A DNA stretch of 39,775 nt, from the sequence record SRR31156797_36528; one strand, written 5' to 3'. Under the pieces are notes generated by a model. That model saw only the letters and a list, made by a program, of their open reading frames with translations, was not told where the DNA came from and did not search any database. How positions within the stretch are numbered: position 1 is the stretch's first letter; the number at the start of each line of letters is the position of its first letter. Shown here one piece after another: positions 20,398 through 28,664 of the stretch. Position numbers and translations under genes: made by a program.

Positions 20398-21560
20398 ACT
20401 TGACGATGCCTCCAGAACATGATGGTTCCCAAAGCCATGACAACGGCTCCGGAGAGAAAGATGGTTCCGAAATTGAAAAAGTCAAGGAGCAACCCCCCCA
20501 GCAGCGGTCCCGCGAGCATTCCGATGCTGTGCCCAAGGGCGAGAAGACTCATGATAGATCCCATTGCCCCGGATCGCCGCCCGTCAATGACCCCCATGGC
20601 CATGATGGCGGGCAGGGAAATACCCCCTGCCAGTCCCAGAATGCCATTGATGACCATCAATTGGGCAAAGGTCCCGGCATGGTCCAGACACAACATGGCG
20701 ACGAGTGCCAGGACTCCGCCGAAAAGGGTCAGGGATTCCTTGCTGAAGCGATCCGCGGCATATCCCATGGGGGCCTGGAGCAAACCGCTGATCAGCACGT
20801 TCACCATGACCAACAGGCCGATGGCGGAACTGGAGAGCCCCAGTCGGGTGTCGGCCATTAACGGCAAAAAGGCCCAGGTAAGGCCGATGCAGGTTGTAAA
20901 ACAGGTGCGAAAGGTAAAAATTGAAAGTACCGATGGAATTTTGATTAAATCCATGTAGTCAACCGGTTTTTTCGAGGTGCCGGTTGCATCCCGTTTTGTC
21001 TCTCGTTCCGCCGGAAGCATGACAAGGCAGAGAAGAAAACCGACCAGCGTCAGGATTCCCATGCCCATAAAAGACGCTTGAATGGAAAGCCAGTCTTTAA
21101 TGAGCCCCCCCATTACGGGTCCCGCGCTCAATCCGCCAAAAAGGGAGATGTTGAATAACCCCATCATACGGCCCTCCCGGTTCGGCGGGATCATCTCCCC
21201 CACATAGGCCTGCGCCACCGGAAGTACCATGGCCGATGCAAAACCCTGCCCCAACCGAAGCAGGATCAACGCCGTCACGTTGTCTGATACGGCATAAAAA
21301 AGGGAGACCAGAAAATAAAGAAAAAGTCCCGTGGTGATAAAGGGTTTCCTCCCTTTTTGATCGGAGAGCTTTCCAAAGTAAGGAACGAAAAGGGTTCTGG
21401 TGAGAGAAAATGCCCCGAAGATCAAACCGATCTGAAAGCCGCCGGCACCCAGTCCATGGGCGTAAATGGGGAGCAGGGGCGCCACAAATCCCGCCCCCGT
21501 GGCCGTGACGAAAATGGCGACGAAAAGGGTCACGAAAATTTTGATATTGAGCACGGGCAT
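20394..21560 (-). CDS. MFS transporter (DHA1-like)
   Basis: About 12 hydrophobic segments; motif A GKLSDQKGRK; RLGQG. Confidence 0.9.
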   Translation of the reverse strand: MPVLNIKIFVTLFVAIFVTATGAGFVAPLLPIYAHGLGAGGFQIGLIFGAFSLTRTLFVPYFGKLSDQKGRKPFITTGLFLYFLVSLFYAVSDNVTALILLRLGQGFASAMVLPVAQAYVGEMIPPNREGRMMGLFNISLFGGLSAGPVMGGLIKDWLSIQASFMGMGILTLVGFLLCLVMLPAERETKRDATGTSKKPVDYMDLIKIPSVLSIFTFRTCFTTCIGLTWAFLPLMADTRLGLSSSAIGLLVMVNVLISGLLQAPMGYAADRFSKESLTLFGGVLALVAMLCLDHAGTFAQLMVINGILGLAGGISLPAIMAMGVIDGRRSGAMGSIMSLLALGHSIGMLAGPLLGGLLLDFFNFGTIFLSGAVVMALGTIMFWRHRQV

Positions 21561-21632
21561 ATTTCTTATAACGACGGTTTAACTCACGGTATGCCGTCAT
21601 ACCCCCAAACGGGTCTGCTTACGGATTTACAA

Positions 21633-22262
21633 TTAAAAGGAGACCACTATCTCATTGTATTTTTTTCTCCATTTTGCCGCGTGCAGGTTCAGATCCGGTT
21701 TCATGTAACCAACCGCCAGCAAGAGGGGAACCCAGTAGTTGTCAGGAATCTTGAACTCCTTTCGAACCGCTTCATGATCAAAACCGTCCATTGGATGCGT
21801 TTCAAAACCGAGACTGGTGGCTGCGTACATGAGGCTCATGGCGAAGAAACCCGTGTTTTTTGCGGCAAAAGCCAGATTTGCATCAGGACTCCAGTCATAG
21901 AGAGCCCTTGTGGCATTCAGAAACCATCCCCTCTGTTCCGGCTGCATGGATCCGGATTTGAGCATTTCCCGCCAATTTTTTTCAAATGTGGAATGACCTT
22001 CCTGCCAGCCGTATTTATCCGCAAGAACGATTAGGACCACAGGTGCTTCAACCACCTTGGGCTGGTCCCAAGCCAGGGATTTGAGTTTTTCCTTTTCCTC
22101 GGGATTCCGAAGCACCATTAGATTCCACGGCTGCAGATTGAAACTGGAAGGTGTATTGGCCGCCAATTCTACCATTCGGATCAGCTGAGCTTCAGTTATA
22201 TCTTTGTCTTTATCGAAGAAATTGATGGAACGTCTCTTTTCACTTAATTCCTGAAAATTCAT
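21633..22262 (-). CDS. Nitroreductase family protein
   Basis: RRSINFF, PSSFNLQPW, THPMDGFD, LAVGY; AGGAGG RBS. Confidence 0.92.
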   Translation of the reverse strand: MNFQELSEKRRSINFFDKDKDITEAQLIRMVELAANTPSSFNLQPWNLMVLRNPEEKEKLKSLAWDQPKVVEAPVVLIVLADKYGWQEGHSTFEKNWREMLKSGSMQPEQRGWFLNATRALYDWSPDANLAFAAKNTGFFAMSLMYAATSLGFETHPMDGFDHEAVRKEFKIPDNYWVPLLLAVGYMKPDLNLHAAKWRKKYNEIVVSF

Positions 22263-22351
22263 ATCGCCTCCTTATTGTTATTTTGGTTTTTGACAATCTG
22301 AAAGCTTACCAGTGCCCGATGTATCGTATGAATTACCGACGGACCGGTTGT

Positions 22352-23497
22352 TTACTTCATTCTCGTTTCCGGAAAAACATTTCTGCGTGCCGCTTCCTCA
22401 CAAATCCGTTGGGGCCATACGAAATGTCCACTTTCCAGGTGGTTATGAGCAACGCAGCCCGTGCGGCAACTCCGCACATGGATACATCTTTTGCAGAGCG
22501 CGGGGAACGCGTCCAGATCGTCCAAATCCCGGCGCAGTTTCCGGATCCGGGGGTGGTGCAGCCATATATCCCTGACGGAATCTTCACCGAGCCGCCCGTA
22601 AACCAGTTCGGGTACGGTTCTGCCCATGCCGCAAAGGGCAACCTCGCCCGTCCCCAGTATCCCCAGAATACCTTTCACGCCGCAGTCCCCCGTACGTCCT
22701 TTCCTGCGTGCGATTTCAGGCAGGGGCGTCAAGGCCGGTGGCGAGTTCATGATGACCCGGATGGGTGACTTCCGCTGCAATGGACCGTAAACATACCGGG
22801 CAAGCTTTAACCGTTGGTCCATGTCCAAAGTTTCGCCCCGTTCGTGCATTACCGTCCCCCGACCCCCTTTGGTGGCGGGGTTGATCTTCACCGTGTGGGC
22901 GCCCCCGTCAGCCGCAAGCCTTACCAGATCATCGACCTGTTTCAGGTTGCCGCGGTGTACGCACATGATCACCTGGACGTTTTCGTATCCCGCCGCCACC
23001 AGATGGTCCAGTCCCCTCAATACGGCATGAAAAGCGCCCGGAACGCCCCTGAACGCGTCGTGGGTCTTTGCATCGGCCCCGTCCATGCTCACGGATATGA
23101 AATTTACATTTGTCTCTTCTTTGAGACGGCGGGCCGACCGTGGTGTGAGCAAGGTGCCGTTGGTCTCCATGGACAACTCCAATCCCATATGGGTGAGCAT
23201 ATCCGCGATCTCCATGAACCGGGGATGGAGCATGGGCTCGCCGCCGGTCAGCTTGGCGCCGGACAGGCCCATGGGCTTTGCCTCTTTCACCGCTTCACGG
23301 AGCAGATCCACATGGAGCACATCACCGGGTGAAGGTTCTCCCTTTACATGGGTGGGCGTAATCCAGCAGTGGCGGCATTTCAAATTGCACCCAGTGCTCA
23401 TGTAAAGATAAAAGGCACGGATGGCGGGCACCCCTTCCGGCAGATCAAGGGGGACCGGATCTTTCCATGCGTTGTGGGGAACATCACGCGGGTTCAT
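22352..23497 (-). CDS. scmF: Radical SAM/SPASM peptide maturase, SynChlorMet ScmF-like
   Basis: CNLKCRHC, TGGEP, ETNG, SPASM cysteines (CGV...LCG...CKRCIHVRSCRTGC...C); cassette context. Confidence 0.8.
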   Translation of the reverse strand: MNPRDVPHNAWKDPVPLDLPEGVPAIRAFYLYMSTGCNLKCRHCWITPTHVKGEPSPGDVLHVDLLREAVKEAKPMGLSGAKLTGGEPMLHPRFMEIADMLTHMGLELSMETNGTLLTPRSARRLKEETNVNFISVSMDGADAKTHDAFRGVPGAFHAVLRGLDHLVAAGYENVQVIMCVHRGNLKQVDDLVRLAADGGAHTVKINPATKGGRGTVMHERGETLDMDQRLKLARYVYGPLQRKSPIRVIMNSPPALTPLPEIARRKGRTGDCGVKGILGILGTGEVALCGMGRTVPELVYGRLGEDSVRDIWLHHPRIRKLRRDLDDLDAFPALCKRCIHVRSCRTGCVAHNHLESGHFVWPQRICEEAARRNVFPETRMK

Positions 23498-23588
23498 GGT
23501 ACGGATCCTTTTCCCGAGTCGTCGATCACAAAGACCACATTATCCGACAGGCGCCATGACAAGACCCGTCCTATTTTTTAAAAAAAGC

Positions 23589-23708
23589 CTAGAAGGGCGC
23601 CGCGCTACCGTCATCACAAATCCCATCCGTGTCATCCTCATATCCGAGTTCCACGACCACGGGTTCTTCCCATTCCATAAAAGACTCCCCCGGTTCTTCC
23701 ATTTCCAT
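23589..23708 (-). CDS. Candidate RiPP precursor peptide, 39 aa (MEMEEPGESFMEWEEPVVVELGYEDDTDGICDDGSAAPF)
   Basis: Translated by hand; too short for the ORF track. TAAGGAGG RBS 6 nt before the ATG. Co-oriented inside the cassette. Has a WxxPxV leader motif and a C-terminal CxxG. Confidence 0.75.
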   Translation of the reverse strand: MEMEEPGESFMEWEEPVVVELGYEDDTDGICDDGSAAPF

Positions 23709-23798
23709 AAGAAACCTCCTTATTCACAATTTTTTTCCCCTCTCAACGTGCCGCGCCCCCATTCCCTATCACGGGAAATCCCCAACGGCAACAGCTGT

Positions 23799-23829
23799 AA
23801 AAGGGAACCGGGGCTCGACCCCCCGGGTT
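23799..23829 (-). terminator. Hairpin after the S26 peptidase gene
   Basis: Minus strand CCGGGG-GGTCGAG-CCCCGG followed by TTCCCTTTT. Confidence 0.4.
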
Positions 23830-24429
23830 TCAATGGGGGAGAGACGTCTCATCCACAAAGAGCCGGAAAGGGCGCCGCACCCGCCACCGCTCACCGGATC
23901 TGCGCCTGCCGATGACCCGTTTGCCCATGAGAAGCTGTATTTCCACGCCCTTGGGCCCTGCAAAATATAACACCCGGGGTTCGGCTTTACGGGGAAGGGC
24001 GCCCCTGAAAATGCCCGCTGCCGCAAGCCGGTTGTAGAGTGGGCCGCATAAACGGGATACCGCCCAATCGGCATGCTGGATGAACCTCAGTAATCCGGCC
24101 CGCAACATACCCCTTCTTCCGCCGTGGATCTGAATGCTCTTGGCGCCCCTGCGCGCGAAAATGACCCGGCCTGCAATGTCATGGGGCCGTAGCGCCCATG
24201 AATCCGCCTTGCCGTTATTGTCCCCCCTGGTTCTCACGCCCCGATTGTCAACAGAGATCACACGATGGGTGATCCGCCGTTTTCTTTCAGGCACGCGAAA
24301 AACAATCACATCCCCCAGGCGTATGGGCGTGCCCCCGTATGGCAATACCATGAGGCCGTCCCCCGTTTTGAGCGTGGGATTCATACTTGGCCCTTTATGG
24401 TTAAATAGTTTGAAATTACCCCTTACCAT
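23830..24429 (-). CDS. S24/S26 signal-peptidase-like protein without a clear membrane anchor
   Basis: GPSMNPTL (catalytic Ser), GDVIVF, ITHRVI (His), TRGDNN..D; SipW/S26B-like Ser-His dyad. Confidence 0.82.
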   Translation of the reverse strand: MVRGNFKLFNHKGPSMNPTLKTGDGLMVLPYGGTPIRLGDVIVFRVPERKRRITHRVISVDNRGVRTRGDNNGKADSWALRPHDIAGRVIFARRGAKSIQIHGGRRGMLRAGLLRFIQHADWAVSRLCGPLYNRLAAAGIFRGALPRKAEPRVLYFAGPKGVEIQLLMGKRVIGRRRSGERWRVRRPFRLFVDETSLPH

Positions 24430-25313
24430 CCCAATACCCGTTCGATTTCCTCCCAGAACCGGCCGTGCAAACTGACGCGGAGCCTGAAAGCCGGTATCCT
24501 CTTGGCCATCTTGCAGGCATTGTCAAACAGATTTTCCCTGAATGCCCTTTGATAAGCCACATCAGCCCTTCGCCAGTATTTACGGCATAACTGGGCGGAT
24601 GATTGACTCAGGCAGACGGCTGCTTTTCCGTCACCCATGAAAATCGTCTCATCAGCATCGGACTGCTCCATGAAAAAAACACCGCAGATGGGTACAAATC
24701 GCTGAACATGCCACGTCTTTTCAACCCCTTTACCCAGATAACGGCTCCACGTGGGAAACGGGTGGGCCGTATAATTTCCTTCATGATCCACGACCACCAG
24801 CGTTTCATCATCGCACAGGGGGTTCCAGTGATGGGGGAGCCGGTCGCAGCATGTTGATTTGCCCGTACCGCTCCGTCCCGCCATGAGAACCCCCCTGCCG
24901 TCCAGTTCAAGGAGTCCCCCATGAAAGGGCAGCCCCCCGGATTCGATTGTTTCCAGATAGATGGGATAGAGGGCATTCCACATGGCCGTGATTTCCATTT
25001 CAGGGTTTGAAAAGGGCTTGACCGTGCAGATCACATCCGGGGTGTCATGGTGATGCCGGATGCATACGGCTTCCATGTCATGGCATTTCAAGCCTTTGGC
25101 GGACGATTCCCCAATGAAGGGATGGAGCCCGCCCTTATGGCCCGTCATGAAGGAGATTTCCCTGTCGCCAACCCTACCGTGCGAAACATCCAGTTCCATG
25201 ATGCCGGCCAGTTTTCGAACCCAGGGTTGGAGCGCAACCGAGCCGGTATTCAACCGCCAGCACACATCATTATTCAGCTTCAGCCGGTAAAAATTCGATT
25301 CATGGTTATTCAT
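24423..25313 (-). CDS. scmC: SynChlorMet ScmC-like protein (HprK-related P-loop)
   Basis: GGLPFHGGL, P-loop GRSGTGKSTCC, LCDDE, HPFPTWS, FWEEIE. Confidence 0.8.
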   Translation of the reverse strand: MNNHESNFYRLKLNNDVCWRLNTGSVALQPWVRKLAGIMELDVSHGRVGDREISFMTGHKGGLHPFIGESSAKGLKCHDMEAVCIRHHHDTPDVICTVKPFSNPEMEITAMWNALYPIYLETIESGGLPFHGGLLELDGRGVLMAGRSGTGKSTCCDRLPHHWNPLCDDETLVVVDHEGNYTAHPFPTWSRYLGKGVEKTWHVQRFVPICGVFFMEQSDADETIFMGDGKAAVCLSQSSAQLCRKYWRRADVAYQRAFRENLFDNACKMAKRIPAFRLRVSLHGRFWEEIERVLGW

Positions 25314-26455
25314 ATTATCCGGCCTTCAAAGGGTGCTGCTCCCTCTTTCCGCATCCTCATAAAAGGCAATCTTCCATCCGCTTCCAGGAACCGTTTCAAA
25401 CATGCATCCGGGCCCGGATGGTTTTCTTCACCCAGAAGGGTGTATGCAATGGCGGGGCAGCCTCCCCGGCAGTACGGTATATAGCCGCAATCCCGGCAGT
25501 ATTCAAAATCATGGAGGCGTATGTGGCGCCGTTCCCTCAACCGGGTCAATTCGGGGTGATTTTGCCACACGTCCCTTAGATCCTCCCGGTTTATCCGGCC
25601 AAGTTTCACATGTGCCATCTGGAGGCAGGGCACCATCACCCCGTCGGCCCGGACGGCCATTTTGGAAAACACCCCGCCGCATGAACCCAGATAACCGCCA
25701 TCCTCGAACCTTTCCCCCCTGTTTTCTTTCCGTGCCTGCTCCATTTTCAGCCAGTTTTTCGCTTGGGACAGGGGACCGGCAGCGGCCCTAATGCGGCCGT
25801 TGTACTTTTCGTTGAGTTTCAACAAGGTCTCCATTGCCAAGGAGCGCTCATCCTCGGTAAGCTGAACATGATCCGCGTGAGCCCTGCAAAGCCCCATATG
25901 GGAAGCGGCGTTGGTGGAAAAATCGGGGAGTTTGAGCTCTTCCAGAAGAAACCGCGCTGTTTCCTCAATATCAGTCACGTTACATCTGTGAAGGGTCATC
26001 CTCACGGTAACGGAGATGTGGTGCGCTTGGAGACATTTCAGGCCTGCAACAGCCCTTTCAAAATTCCCTTCACCCCGGAAGGTATCATGGGTTTTTGAAA
26101 CAGAACCGTCCACGGATATTTGAACACCGTTGCAGCGTCCGGTGGAAGCAAGAAAGGCTGCCATGTCTCGGGTGATGAGCGTGCCGTTGCTGAGAATCCT
26201 GAAGCGCATCCGGTTTTGGACGATGCCCTCAATGATTTCTCTCAGATCTTTCCTCATGAACGGTTCGCCCCCCCCAATGGTCACATCCAGGACTGTGCAG
26301 CGCTTCAACTCTTTAAAAAACCTGAGCCATTCCTCTTTGGGCAAATCATTCCCGCCATCTCCGGCACTCGTAAAATGGGAACAATACGCACATCGCAGGT
26401 TGCACCTGTTGGTTATGGACAGATCAACCGTTCTGGGGGTCTTCATCACTCTCAT
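25310..26455 (-). CDS. scmE: Radical SAM/SPASM peptide maturase, SynChlorMet ScmE-like
   Basis: MKTPRTVDLSITNRCNLRCAYC, GGEP, SPASM (CGG...VPC...CRDCGYIPYCRGGC...C). Confidence 0.82.
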   Translation of the reverse strand: MRVMKTPRTVDLSITNRCNLRCAYCSHFTSAGDGGNDLPKEEWLRFFKELKRCTVLDVTIGGGEPFMRKDLREIIEGIVQNRMRFRILSNGTLITRDMAAFLASTGRCNGVQISVDGSVSKTHDTFRGEGNFERAVAGLKCLQAHHISVTVRMTLHRCNVTDIEETARFLLEELKLPDFSTNAASHMGLCRAHADHVQLTEDERSLAMETLLKLNEKYNGRIRAAAGPLSQAKNWLKMEQARKENRGERFEDGGYLGSCGGVFSKMAVRADGVMVPCLQMAHVKLGRINREDLRDVWQNHPELTRLRERRHIRLHDFEYCRDCGYIPYCRGGCPAIAYTLLGEENHPGPDACLKRFLEADGRLPFMRMRKEGAAPFEGRII

Positions 26456-26461
26456 GGCATC

Positions 26462-26746
26462 TTACCCTGTTATTTCATAGCCCGCCAGACCCCTTTCCAC
26501 AAGATCGTCCATGAAAACCCTTACGGATTTCTCCGCGTGCTCCGGCACATTTTTGCATTTGGCGCGGAGTTCTTTCATGATATCATCGATGGTGTGTTTT
26601 CCGTCAAGGCGTTTATAAATGAATGCGCTTACCGGATTGAACCCGTACCCATCGCCCGAATCCGGATCAAAGAGGACGGCCCAGTCATGAAACTCCTCTC
26701 TCAGCACAAATAAAGAATTCGCTACGGGAATATTATCGTGCCCCAT
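26462..26746 (-). CDS. scmD: PqqD-family RiPP recognition element, ScmD-like
   Basis: VLREEFHDWAVLFDPD...NPV..IYKRLDGKHT...LVERGL; start placed at MGHDN after a GGAG RBS. Confidence 0.85.
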   Translation of the reverse strand: MGHDNIPVANSLFVLREEFHDWAVLFDPDSGDGYGFNPVSAFIYKRLDGKHTIDDIMKELRAKCKNVPEHAEKSVRVFMDDLVERGLAGYEITG

Positions 26747-27079
26747 GTATCTGATCTCCATGTATCTGAAATTTTTAAATGATTGTTTGTTTAGCGTAAT
26801 GTGATAAGAACCTGCTTTTTTCCGGGGCGAGTATAGGAAAAATGGCATTGTGGAGCAAGGGAAAAGGAACCACCACATGTGTGGCATTGATCTTGAGAGA
26901 AACAAGTGAAGATTGAGTGGATGCACTGACAGCCGGTTTTACGGAAGACGAGAAAGAGACGGCATACACCCTTTTAGCGAAGAATTACCCGACGAGATTG
27001 TATGCTGAGCGGGGTGGCCGCCGGGCTGTCCGTGATGTTTGTAGATTTATTGAGGATCAGGGGGTAATTTTTCAAAAAC

Positions 27080-27108
27080 TTGTATTGCCTTGTTTGTAAC
27101 GATAGAAT
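27080..27108 (+). promoter_or_regulatory. Candidate sigma70 promoter for the DUF3302-HlyD-OMF operon
   Basis: TTGTAT-N17-TAGAAT, about 50 nt upstream of the ATG at 27160. Confidence 0.5.
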
Positions 27109-27159
27109 AAACTCACAAAATTAAGAAAATCCCGATTCTTTCATCCCCATTCAGCCATT

Positions 27160-27492
27160 ATGACGAAACTGGACTACATTTCTCTGTTTCTGATCTTTTT
27201 TTCCGTGATCACCATTATCCTCGGCATCATTAAAATCCATACTTACCCCGGAAAGGTCGCCAAAGCGCGTAACCATCCTCAGGAAAAGGCCATTGAAGTC
27301 ACGTCCCTTCTCGGTTTGATCGTATTCCCCTTATGGATGCTGGCGCTCATCTGGGCCTACTCGGGGGCCGTCATAGGGGTCATGTATGCCGAAACCGATG
27401 ATAAATCACCGACAGCGCTTTCCGAAGAGACGGATAAACCCCCCTCTGATGCAAATGAAAAAGAGGACCCGGTTGAAAACCAAAAGGCCTGA
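27160..27492 (+). CDS. DUF3302 (YibI-like) small inner-membrane protein
   Basis: IHTYPGKVAKARNHPQEKAI...LWMLALIWAY; upstream of a HlyD-family gene. Confidence 0.82.
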   Translation: MTKLDYISLFLIFFSVITIILGIIKIHTYPGKVAKARNHPQEKAIEVTSLLGLIVFPLWMLALIWAYSGAVIGVMYAETDDKSPTALSEETDKPPSDANEKEDPVENQKA

Positions 27493-27507
27493 TATCACTT
27501 AATCACT

Positions 27508-28638
27508 ATGGAACTTCTGATTACCATCGCCTACTTTTTTCTCATCCGCCTGATCTTCTTTGATTTCAAATTAATGAAATTCAATCTGTTCTGGAAATTT
27601 ATTGTTTTCGGACTCTGGGTGGGGGCCCTATTGACGGAGATACTCATGCTGGGGCAGTATACGCCCTACAGCAAGGAGGCATTTGTTCAATCCTATGTGG
27701 TGCAGATGGCGCCCGAATACGGGGGGCGGGTGAAGGAAGTCTATATCACTTCCAATACCCCCATTAAAAAAGGAGACCCGCTTTTCCGGATGGATCCCGA
27801 GCCCTGGCAGAACAAGGTCAATGAATATGAGGCGCGTTTGGCAACAGCCGGAACAAATGTTCAAAAACTGGGCGAACAGATCGTGGCGACCAGAGCTGCT
27901 ACGGCGCGCACCCGGGCGACCTTGAAAGGGGCATCCGCCAAATATGACATGATCCTAAGGGCGGCGGAAAAAAATGCCGTGAGCAAAATCCATCTTGAGC
28001 AGATTGAGCAACGGGTGGCGGCGTTAAAAGCGCAGCTCCAGGGGGATAAAGCGGCGGAACGGGAAGCCCAACTCGCTTTTGATTCCGAGGTGGGAGATGA
28101 GCACACGGAAATCGCGGAAGTGCTCGCCAAACTGGCCACCGCAAAGTACCACCTGGAAAATACCATCATACGGGCACCTTCGGACGGCTATGTTTCAAAC
28201 CTTCAACTCTATCCGGGAGCCTTTACCCGCCTCAAGAAGCCGGTGATGACCTTTATCAACAGTGAGGAGTACTGGATTGCGGCCAAAATGAACCAACGGG
28301 GCATTCAGAGAGTTAGAGAGGGGGATCACGCGGAAATAGCCTTTGACATGTATCCCGGAAAGGTTTTCCCCGCAAAAGTGGTGAGCGTCATCTGGGCCAA
28401 CGGCAACGCCCAGGGTGTGCCCAGCGGGCGGATTCCCACGGAAGGCTCCGTTAGCGGCGGCTTTGATTTTATGGTGCGACTTCATTTGACCGAAGAACAT
28501 CCGGACTGTCCGGTCCGTTTCGGGGCCAGTGGACTGGTGGCTGTTTTTACAAAAGAGGCCCCCGATTTTCTGGTTTTACTGCGGCAGATTGAAATCCACT
28601 CGGAAAGTTATCTCAAATATCTTTTCAATCCATTTTAA
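27508..28638 (+). CDS. HlyD/YibH-family membrane fusion protein
   Basis: MELLITIAY start, KKGDPLFRMDP, coiled coil, IRAPSDGYVSNL, YPGKVF. Confidence 0.88.
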   Translation: MELLITIAYFFLIRLIFFDFKLMKFNLFWKFIVFGLWVGALLTEILMLGQYTPYSKEAFVQSYVVQMAPEYGGRVKEVYITSNTPIKKGDPLFRMDPEPWQNKVNEYEARLATAGTNVQKLGEQIVATRAATARTRATLKGASAKYDMILRAAEKNAVSKIHLEQIEQRVAALKAQLQGDKAAEREAQLAFDSEVGDEHTEIAEVLAKLATAKYHLENTIIRAPSDGYVSNLQLYPGAFTRLKKPVMTFINSEEYWIAAKMNQRGIQRVREGDHAEIAFDMYPGKVFPAKVVSVIWANGNAQGVPSGRIPTEGSVSGGFDFMVRLHLTEEHPDCPVRFGASGLVAVFTKEAPDFLVLLRQIEIHSESYLKYLFNPF

Positions 28639-28664
28639 TTCCCATGAGATGATTTCAGCATAAC

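Noticed and set aside
26775-26969. 64-aa minus-strand ORF as an alternative Scm precursor
   Set aside because: No RBS, no Cys and no convincing leader motif; the 23589-23708 peptide fits much better.
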